From IMG/VR virus record IMGVR_UViG_2531839104_000013: 4,986 bases of DNA; one strand, given 5' to 3'. Positions 1 to 4,986 of this stretch are shown piece by piece. How positions within the stretch are numbered: position 1 is the stretch's first letter; every line of letters starts with the position of its first letter. The position numbers and the translations under genes were made by a program. A model generated the notes under the pieces. The model was not told the DNA's origin, searched no databases, and saw only the letters and a list, made by a program, of their open reading frames with translations. Source of the DNA: a virus. Its lineage: Duplodnaviria > Heunggongvirae > Uroviricota > Caudoviricetes.

Positions 1-377
1 GCCGGATGAACATCGCAGGCGCGTCCTTTGCCAACATTGAAGGCGTAAAAGCGATGACCTTTGGTAACGGGCATCTTCACAACACGGTAATCAACGACCT
101 GAGCATCATCCAGCCAGAAACCTGCTTTGGTGAGTGCGTCAAAAGCGGCTTTTTGCAGATTATCCAGGTCACGGCGACGGCGATCCGGCATGTGGCACTC
201 AATACGGATTTTCACTGGCATAGCCAGGCCGATATCCAGCATGGAGCCTTTGATGATTCGGGCGACGTTATCACGGTATGCCTGCCCTTCTGCGCTGATG
301 TGCGTGCGCCCGCGATTATGCCGGTAGTAGCGATTATTGCTCGGAGGCCAGGGTAATGTGATGCTGTAGGTATTCAC
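1..377 (-). CDS. rusA: RusA-family Holliday junction resolvase, partial (3' end off window or divergent)
   Basis: Minus-strand translation from GTG at 377..375 gives (M)[106 protein letters not shown], matching RusA as I recall it. The GTG overlaps the ybcO stop (GTGA). After ~101 residues the sequence departs from the RusA C-terminus I remember and continues with no stop to position 1. Confidence 0.75.
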   Translation of the reverse strand, partial: MNTYSITLPWPPSNNRYYRHNRGRTHISAEGQAYRDNVARIIKGSMLDIGLAMPVKIRIECHMPDRRRRDLDNLQKAAFDALTKAGFWLDDAQVVDYRVVKMPVTKGHRFYAFNVGKGRACDVHP

Positions 378-664
378 GCCTTAATAACCCCCTCTTTCAG
401 CCAGATAACCTGTGTTCTCGCCATACCTTCCAGCGCGCATTCTTTTGCATATGCAGCATCGACAAAATGTGTGCGGCGGTCGATTTCGTCGTGGCAGGCA
501 GAACATGCAATGGTGGCAATCAAGTCTGGCGGTTTGGTACCGGTGCCGCACAATCCAGTCAGCCGGATATGTGCCAGTACAGACGTTTCAGGGTTGCCAT
601 TACATACGCCAGGGATTCTTACTTGGCATTCCCGACTACGCGCTGCTTTTCTCAAATCAGCCAT
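374..664 (-). CDS. ybcO: YbcO-like putative nuclease (DUF1364 family), 96 aa
   Basis: Translation [97 protein letters not shown] chose the ATG at 664..662, preceded by AAGGAGG, over the longer track ORF starting at 703. Stop TGA at 376..374. Confidence 0.85.
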   Translation of the reverse strand: MADLRKAARSRECQVRIPGVCNGNPETSVLAHIRLTGLCGTGTKPPDLIATIACSACHDEIDRRTHFVDAAYAKECALEGMARTQVIWLKEGVIKA

Positions 665-827
665 GATTCCTCCTTGCTGCCAGTCGCAACCATTTTTTAT
701 CAACCAGGCTGGCGGTATATCCGAGCAGTGTTGGTATTTCGGATGGCTTCAGCTCAGGTTTACGCTTACGACGATTTGGTACTTTGTAGATGTGTCCGTT
801 CATGACACGAATAAGCGGTGTAGCCAT
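657..827 (-). CDS. ninE: NinE-family protein, 56 aa
   Basis: Not in the ORF track (too short). Hand translation gives [56 protein letters not shown]. The ATG overlaps the ybcN stop (TAATG), is preceded by AGGAGG, and the 3' end overlaps the ybcO start by 8 nt. Confidence 0.85.
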   Translation of the reverse strand: MATPLIRVMNGHIYKVPNRRKRKPELKPSEIPTLLGYTASLVDKKWLRLAARRNHG

Positions 828-1282
828 TACGCCTCCTGCTTGTCACGCAGCAGCTGGAACTCGCAGCTCTGTGGAATAGTCAGGTGGCAGCCAATATTCA
901 TCGCCCAGGCTTCAACCTTACACAGGAAGACATACATCTCTCCGGTACCAAGATCGGAGGTATGGCGTAACGACTGGATAGTAGTGATTTCGCCGGTTAC
1001 GACATCAACCAGGTCCTTGGTTTCATAACCGAGGTATGTGTGTTTGAGAGCATCTTTTACCCATGCTGAAGTAGCGAACGATTTCCCCCTGCTGATGAGG
1101 TATTCACTGATTTCGCTGTACCACATGTGGCTGAGTGCATTCTGGGAAAGACTGCGTCTCTCGCGCCACGGTTTAAGCACCATGCGAAAGCATTTGCCGT
1201 CTTCCAGATAAGTCTGGATCTGCTGACCGACAGCGGTGAAGTTACCGCGATGTAATTTGATGCCATCTTGTGGGAGGTTCAC
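827..1282 (-). CDS. ybcN: NinB/Orf-family recombination protein (YbcN-like), 151 aa
   Basis: Track [24 protein letters not shown]...; the RSLSQN motif resembles lambda NinB. Start is GTG at 1282..1280, with GGAGG 6 nt upstream. Confidence 0.85.
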   Translation of the reverse strand: MNLPQDGIKLHRGNFTAVGQQIQTYLEDGKCFRMVLKPWRERRSLSQNALSHMWYSEISEYLISRGKSFATSAWVKDALKHTYLGYETKDLVDVVTGEITTIQSLRHTSDLGTGEMYVFLCKVEAWAMNIGCHLTIPQSCEFQLLRDKQEA

Positions 1283-1377
1283 GCTTCACCTCCGCAGAGA
1301 TCAAACGCTGGATGCAAGACATCGCAGGTGCATTTCTGCATCTGTGACAAGGTAAGGAGTTCAGATTGTGGTCGCAT
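1279..1377 (-). CDS. Hypothetical 32-aa small ORF translationally coupled to ybcN
   Basis: ATG at 1377..1375 preceded by AAGGGGA; translation [32 protein letters not shown]; stop TGA overlaps the ybcN GTG start (GTGA). The Shine-Dalgarno and ATG lie inside the hairpin at 1373-1396. No homology recognised. Confidence 0.25.
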   Translation of the reverse strand: MRPQSELLTLSQMQKCTCDVLHPAFDLCGGEA

Positions 1378-1396
1378 TTAAGTCCCCTTAAATGCG
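1373..1396. repeat. Hairpin/palindrome: 10-bp stem (CGCATTTAAG / CTTAAATGCG), 4-nt loop
   Basis: Perfect dyad read directly from the sequence. On the minus-strand RNA it would sequester the Shine-Dalgarno and AUG of the 32-codon ORF. Confidence 0.5.
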
Positions 1397-1401
1397 CAGA
1401 A

Positions 1402-1430
1402 GTCACCGGAGTTGTTCAAGCTCCGGTGAC
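1402..1430. terminator. GC-rich hairpin, 10-bp perfect stem (GTCACCGGAG / CTCCGGTGAC), 9-nt loop; possible terminator (tR2-like position upstream of the ninB homolog)
   Basis: Perfect inverted repeat read from the sequence. It is followed by ATTATTAT on the plus strand and TTCTGCGCATTT on the minus strand, so there is no canonical U-run and terminator function is uncertain. Confidence 0.3.
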
Positions 1431-1487
1431 ATTATTATGGAAGGTTGATACTAAAAAATCAAAAATTGAATATCATTGGCGATAGTC

Positions 1488-1510
1488 TAGCTTGTGATAT
1501 CCACAAGCTA
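1488..1510. repeat. Perfect 23-bp palindrome TAGCTTGTG-ATATC-CACAAGCTA (candidate operator or recombination site)
   Basis: 9-bp arms are exact reverse complements with a 5-bp centre; located in the non-coding spacer between ybcK and ybcN. Confidence 0.45.
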
Positions 1511-1783
1511 CTTCAATGAAGCGACGAGTAACATTTTGTGTCATCCATGTTTTTTCAGTTAAGTGCCACACCCAGTTCAAAATTTGCTGATGTGTTGAAC
1601 ATGTACTAAGCGGGATGTTGTATTCATAAGCAACATTGATTCCGCAAAATCGGTGTCGTGTCATGACCGATTCACGTTGACCTGCGCCCTGTTGAGTGCC
1701 TGGGGATATTCTTGCTCGATAGTTAATATCATAGTAGTTACTTTACTTTCATACCATAGCACGGTTGAAAAAGTGATTATTAC

Positions 1784-3310
1784 TCAAAAATAAACCTCAC
1801 CATCAACCATATATTTGAGAGCACTTATCGCCTGCTGGGCGGATATTACTTTCATTAAAGGATAGTGTTTAAAAACAATGCCATTCATAAAATAGATATC
1901 ACAGGTTTTATTATCCGTATTAATTATGATTTTTTCGAATATTTTATAGGCAAGTGTACGGCATAACTCTCGTCCATTTTTACTGGTTAAGTCAATAGCA
2001 TAAAAATCACTGAATGAATTTACACCTTTACTCTTCAAAGTTTTCAATGATACCAAAGCTCTTCGTAATTCCTTATCTAATAGTCTTATTTTCTCTGCTA
2101 TAGCGGTAACTTCAGGCGCGACAGACAATGCAACGATTAAATTATTAATTTTCATCTGAAGCTCAATAATTTTTAACTCTAAAGTTTCATTAGCATCTTT
2201 CTTGTTTTCAACTGGTTGAATTTTGCTACAATTAAAAAGCAATTCATTAATGATATTATAATCAACCAAATCTCTCTTTATTGATGGCCTGTCACATCGA
2301 TGTAATCTTCTCATCGGACAAACATAATAGCCATGCAAACTTCCAGATACCGCATGAACAATCATGGTATTACCACAAGCCTCACACTTCATAACTGTTC
2401 GAAGTAGATTTATTAGCATAGGATTCTTGCTACTATTGCTAATACCAAAAGGTGCCAACCGAATTTCCTGTACAGCGTAAAACAAATCATCTGATATGAC
2501 TCTGGGATAATAGCCAGCGATTTCACTTATCCCTTTCCCTCTTGCACGATATGAAGGTACGCATATACCTATCAGAGCTTTATTCGCTAATAATTTTTCA
2601 ATTACAGAAGGCCCCCATGCACTTTCTTTTCCTGAGAAATTCTTTACAGCATGATCATTTAAATACTTGGCTATTGCATTCAATGAGCGCCTTTCCATCC
2701 TGAGTTTAAAAATTAGCTCAATAGTTTTCACCCTGTCGGGGTCTGGAACAAAAGCCGTTCTTTTGTCATCTAAGGAGAGCCATCTCGGACAAGACGCCGT
2801 CATAATCGTACCTGATTCCAGTGCATCCTGCCGTTTTTTCTTCCATGATAATTTAACCCGACTTGACTTTATCTCGCTTTCTTCATTTGCCCTTTGTGCT
2901 ATAAGTATGGCTTTTATTAATGAATATGGCTCATTCAAAGAGTCAATATTATAGACTGTATTGTCGCAAAGAGTTATAACATCAATACCGTGATTCAAAA
3001 TCAATTTCAGACGTTCAATCGCTTCACCGACTTTTTCTCTTGAAAGTCTGTCCAGACTTTCAACTAACAATGTAGTTCCTGGCAATATATAACCATGCTC
3101 TATAGCATCTAAAAATTCCGAAAAAGCTCCTGATTGTGCATGCTTTCCTTTGAATGCACTTAATCCTAAATCTTCATATGTTATGGTATCAAGATAATAA
3201 TCACTATTTACCTTTAACCATTCAGCAATAAGTCTTCTCTGTCGGTTTAATGAGTCGCCAGACATCTGACCTGGTGATGAAAATCGCATATATGCTATGG
3301 CTTTTTTCAT
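1784..3310 (-). CDS. ybcK: Large serine recombinase (YbcK-like), 508 aa
   Basis: N-terminal resolvase catalytic motif YMRFSSPGQ (putative nucleophile Ser), TTLLVESLDRLSR motif, Cys-rich zinc-ribbon region (CEACGN...YYVCPMRRLHRC) and a coiled-coil-like region (ELKIIELQMKINNLIVALS...). AGGTG lies 5 nt upstream of the ATG at 3310. The gene is conspicuously AT-rich. Confidence 0.9.
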   Translation of the reverse strand: MKKAIAYMRFSSPGQMSGDSLNRQRRLIAEWLKVNSDYYLDTITYEDLGLSAFKGKHAQSGAFSEFLDAIEHGYILPGTTLLVESLDRLSREKVGEAIERLKLILNHGIDVITLCDNTVYNIDSLNEPYSLIKAILIAQRANEESEIKSSRVKLSWKKKRQDALESGTIMTASCPRWLSLDDKRTAFVPDPDRVKTIELIFKLRMERRSLNAIAKYLNDHAVKNFSGKESAWGPSVIEKLLANKALIGICVPSYRARGKGISEIAGYYPRVISDDLFYAVQEIRLAPFGISNSSKNPMLINLLRTVMKCEACGNTMIVHAVSGSLHGYYVCPMRRLHRCDRPSIKRDLVDYNIINELLFNCSKIQPVENKKDANETLELKIIELQMKINNLIVALSVAPEVTAIAEKIRLLDKELRRALVSLKTLKSKGVNSFSDFYAIDLTSKNGRELCRTLAYKIFEKIIINTDNKTCDIYFMNGIVFKHYPLMKVISAQQAISALKYMVDGEVYF

Positions 3311-3554
3311 GGTGACACCTGCTAACTTATGCTTTTATAAACCTTAGTGGTGAGATATAATTTTTGTTTAATTTTTATTTAAAAAGACAATTACGATCAC
3401 ACTATCTTGAATATACAACAATAATCGTATTGCAATTTGCTTACGCAATAATCTTGAAGGCACAAAAGAATACACAAAAACTAAAAACATTAACAAAAGC
3501 GGCCCATGTAAAGATATGAACCGCCATATTGCAGTCTTTTAAAAGAAATTATTT
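3311..3554 (-). promoter_or_regulatory. AT-rich intergenic region upstream of ybcK containing phased A-tracts and ATTGCAAT/GCAATA motifs; probable ybcK promoter region
   Basis: A-tracts at about 3464, 3476, 3483 and 3494 at roughly helical spacing; palindrome ATTGCAAT at 3429-3436. No confident -35/-10 pair could be assigned by eye. Confidence 0.3.
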
Positions 3555-3887
3555 TTAATGTGGTGTGCTTCGTGACAATAAATTAATAACCAACACACCG
3601 GCACAAATCAACATCATGCCTATAACGGCTGGCAGGTCCAGCCGTTGGCCGAAAAACCCCCATGATAGTAAGCTAATCAGGACAATACCGACTCCTGACC
3701 AGATAGCATAAGCAATCCCTGTAGGAATATAAGCCAGCGTCTGAGCTAATAACCAGAATGATGCACAATAACAAATAATTGTACCAACAGATGGCCATAA
3801 CCGTGTAAAACCTTCTGAAAACTTCATTAAGGTTGTACCAATGACCTCTGCAAGTATTGCACCACCAAGATAAATATAAGGGTTCAT
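3555..3887 (-). CDS. emrE: Small multidrug resistance (SMR) efflux transporter EmrE, 110 aa
   Basis: Translation MNPYIYLGGAILAEVIGTTLMKFSEGFTRLWPSVGTIICYCASFWLLAQTLAYIPTGIAYAIWSGVGIVLISLLSWGFFGQRLDLPAVIGMMLICAGVLVINLLSRSTPH is near-identical to EmrE as I recall it. I chose the ATG at 3887 over the track ORF's upstream ATG at 3941. Confidence 0.93.
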   Translation of the reverse strand: MNPYIYLGGAILAEVIGTTLMKFSEGFTRLWPSVGTIICYCASFWLLAQTLAYIPTGIAYAIWSGVGIVLISLLSWGFFGQRLDLPAVIGMMLICAGVLVINLLSRSTPH

Positions 3888-3902
3888 AACATATTCTTTC
3901 CT

Positions 3903-3937
3903 GTTCAAACTGGAGAGAATTGTACTACAGTTTGAAC
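3903..3937. promoter_or_regulatory. 10-bp perfect inverted repeat GTTCAAACTG-N15-CAGTTTGAAC enclosing a -10-like TACAAT (minus strand), about 16 bp upstream of the emrE start
   Basis: Arms at 3903-3912 and 3928-3937 are exact reverse complements; the minus-strand TACAAT corresponds to 3924..3919. Candidate operator, promoter or terminator between ren and emrE. Confidence 0.35.
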
Positions 3938-3954
3938 TCAACTCACCTGTTTCA

Positions 3955-4257
3955 TCATTGTGTACCCATTGATGTTCTTTTATATACCCTCAATACCCGT
4001 TTCATCGCGGCACTCTGGCGACACTCCTTAAAAATCAGATTCGTGCTCACCTTTCCTTCCCGTTCTTCTCTGGTAGCGAACCGGTAATACACCGTTCGCC
4101 AGACCTTACCTTCGACGACCAGGATTCCTGCCCGCGCCATTTTAGCCGCAGCCTGATTTATGCTGGTTACGGTTGCACCTGTTACCGCGGCAACGTCCTG
4201 TGCACAGAAGCTCTTATGCGTCCCCAGGTAATGAATAATTGCCTCTTTGCCCGTCAT
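3955..4257 (-). CDS. ren: Ren-like protein (lambda ren homolog), 100 aa
   Basis: Translation MTGKEAIIHYLGTHKSFCAQDVAAVTGATVTSINQAAAKMARAGILVVEGKVWRTVYYRFATREEREGKVSTNLIFKECRQSAAMKRVL... matches lambda Ren as I recall it. Its ATG overlaps the P stop (ATGA). Confidence 0.88.
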   Translation of the reverse strand: MTGKEAIIHYLGTHKSFCAQDVAAVTGATVTSINQAAAKMARAGILVVEGKVWRTVYYRFATREEREGKVSTNLIFKECRQSAAMKRVLRVYKRTSMGTQ

Positions 4258-4955
4258 ACACTTGCTCCTTTCAGTCCGAACTTAGCTTTAATTTCTGCGA
4301 TCTTCGCCAGAGCCTGTGCACGATTTAGAGGTCTACCGCCCATAACAGGAAGTTGTTTTACTGGTTCAGGTATCGTCTCACCACGGTTAATTCGCGCTGT
4401 CATACAGGTCAGTTCATCGGCAGCCTTGCGCCGTAATTCCGCGTCAGTCAGCGCATTGGCCCGCATGTTCTGGTACAAGTTGGTAACCAACCAGTAATGC
4501 GCGTTCGATTTCCACGGATAAGACTCTGCATCCGGATACAGGCCTCGCTTCCGGCAATACTCGTAAACCATATCAACCAGCTCGCTGACGTTTGGCAGTC
4601 CGGCGATAACGGATGCTTCTTCCCGGCACCATGCAACAAACTGCCCGGGTGATGGCAGAAATGGTCGATTCTGCCGACGGGCTACGCGCATTCCTGCGTT
4701 AACCTGTTCCATTGAGGTGATCCCGTTTTCCCGGAAAGCCAGAACCCACTGGCGGCGGATTTCGTTCACTTCGTTCTGGTCACGGTTAGCCAGGCTCGCC
4801 GGGAAAGTTGCCAGTAACTGGCTGAACACACCGTTGATGATCTGCGCTACCTGCTGTACCTGCGGCTTTTCGTCGTACTGTTCCGGCATGTTGTTGGCGA
4901 TCCGACGCATCTGCTCACGGTCAAAGTTAACCATCTGTGCGGCGATGTTTTTCAT
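4254..4955 (-). CDS. P: Lambda-type replication protein P (DnaB helicase loader), 233 aa, intact
   Basis: Translation MKNIAAQMVNFDREQMRRIANNMPEQYDEKPQVQQVAQIINGVFSQLLATFPASLANRDQNEVNEIRRQWVLAFRENGIT... is near-identical to lambda P as I recall it, full length. Confidence 0.95.
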   Translation of the reverse strand: MKNIAAQMVNFDREQMRRIANNMPEQYDEKPQVQQVAQIINGVFSQLLATFPASLANRDQNEVNEIRRQWVLAFRENGITSMEQVNAGMRVARRQNRPFLPSPGQFVAWCREEASVIAGLPNVSELVDMVYEYCRKRGLYPDAESYPWKSNAHYWLVTNLYQNMRANALTDAELRRKAADELTCMTARINRGETIPEPVKQLPVMGGRPLNRAQALAKIAEIKAKFGLKGASV

Positions 4956-4986
4956 AGATCCACCCCGTAAATCCAGTCTGTGTTTG
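4952..4986 (-). CDS. O: 3' end of the upstream gene, presumably replication initiator O (partial)
   Basis: Minus-strand frame ending ...NTDWIYGVDL with stop TGA overlapping the P start (ATGA). Only 11 codons are in the window, so identity rests on synteny and a weak recollection of the lambda O C-terminus. Confidence 0.5.
   Translation of the reverse strand, partial: NTDWIYGVDL

Larger units (their letters stand above)
1..4986 (-). mobile_element. Segment of a lambdoid (DLP12-like) prophage: replication module (O 3' end, P, ren), accessory genes (emrE, ybcK), nin region (ybcN, ninE, ybcO, rusA)
   Basis: Gene content and order on one strand match the lambda-type replication and nin modules; stop/start overlaps are typical of phage operons. 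Recognised from recalled protein sequences, not a database search. Confidence 0.85.

Noticed and set aside
6-356. Plus-strand ORFs 6..356 (116 aa) and 127..327 (66 aa)
   Set aside because: They lie antisense to the well-supported rusA reading frame, with no recognisable homology or ribosome-binding site; the only caveat is that the first ~75 bp, where rusA diverges, are of uncertain origin.
665-703. N-terminal extension of ybcO to the ATG at 703 (109-aa form)
   Set aside because: The ATG at 664 has a strong AAGGAGG Shine-Dalgarno and matches the known 96-aa protein; the extension would lie deep inside ninE.
412-1028. Plus-strand ORFs 412..666, 467..805 and 471..1028
   Set aside because: Antisense to ybcO, ninE and ybcN, which are confidently identified; sequences look random.
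1057-1266. Minus-strand 69-aa ORF inside ybcN in another frame
   Set aside because: Fully nested in the ybcN coding region in an alternative frame, with no homology.
10-1328. 10-bp direct repeat ACATCGCAGG at 10-19 and 1319-1328, each preceded by GATG
   Set aside because: By rough estimate about ten exact 10-mer pairs are expected by chance in a 5-kb window, so this is not significant without further support, although the copies do flank the nin gene block.
1366-1491. Plus-strand TTG-initiated 41-codon ORF with AAGGAG upstream
   Set aside because: Runs antisense through both hairpins and relies on a TTG start; more likely a coincidental Shine-Dalgarno-like string.
1473-1664. Minus-strand 63-aa ORF in the ybcK-ybcN spacer
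   Set aside because: Weak ribosome-binding site, atypical composition (several Trp, Cys, His), overlaps the 23-bp palindrome, no recognisable family; kept only as a remote possibility.
2667-2954. Plus-strand 95-aa ORF
   Set aside because: Antisense within the serine recombinase gene; an AT-rich region gives spurious ORFs.
3500-3554. Possible intrinsic terminator downstream of emrE (GCGG...CCGC followed by TTTTGTT on the minus strand)
   Set aside because: Only a 4-bp stem with an 18-nt loop; too weak to call.
3888-3941. N-terminal extension of emrE to the ATG at 3941 (128-aa form)
   Set aside because: The recognised EmrE protein begins MNPYIYLGG at 3887; the extension would run through the inverted repeat and probable promoter.
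4216-4639. ORFs 4216..4497 (+) and 4448..4639 (-)
   Set aside because: Nested in or antisense to the confidently identified P gene.
1-4986. CRISPR arrays, tRNA, rRNA, insertion-sequence terminal repeats, recognisable toxin-antitoxin or restriction-modification genes
   Set aside because: No regularly spaced direct repeats, no cloverleaf-like or rRNA-like sequence, and no transposase ORF seen; I recognise no known defence system from the sequence, so I do not claim one.

Overview
The window reads as a segment of a lambdoid (DLP12-like) prophage of Escherichia coli or a close relative, with every credible gene on the minus strand. Descending in coordinate, it carries the 3' end of a replication-initiator O-like gene, an intact lambda P homolog and ren (4986-3955), then an accessory insertion holding the small multidrug efflux gene emrE and an AT-rich gene for an intact 508-aa large serine recombinase (YbcK-like), then a ~500-bp structured gene-poor spacer, then the nin-region genes ybcN, ninE, ybcO and the first ~100 codons of rusA, which run off the window start. 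Protein identities are from my recollection of these families; no database search or computation was run. The plus-strand ORFs in the track all lie antisense to these genes and are judged spurious. The most interesting material is the accessory segment between ren and ybcN: an orphan serine recombinase with no obvious att sites, a 10-bp inverted repeat straddling a -10-like hexamer upstream of emrE, and a spacer with two adjacent hairpins, a perfect 23-bp palindrome and a 32-codon ORF coupled to ybcN. I found no CRISPR array, tRNA or rRNA, and no defence system I can name from sequence alone.
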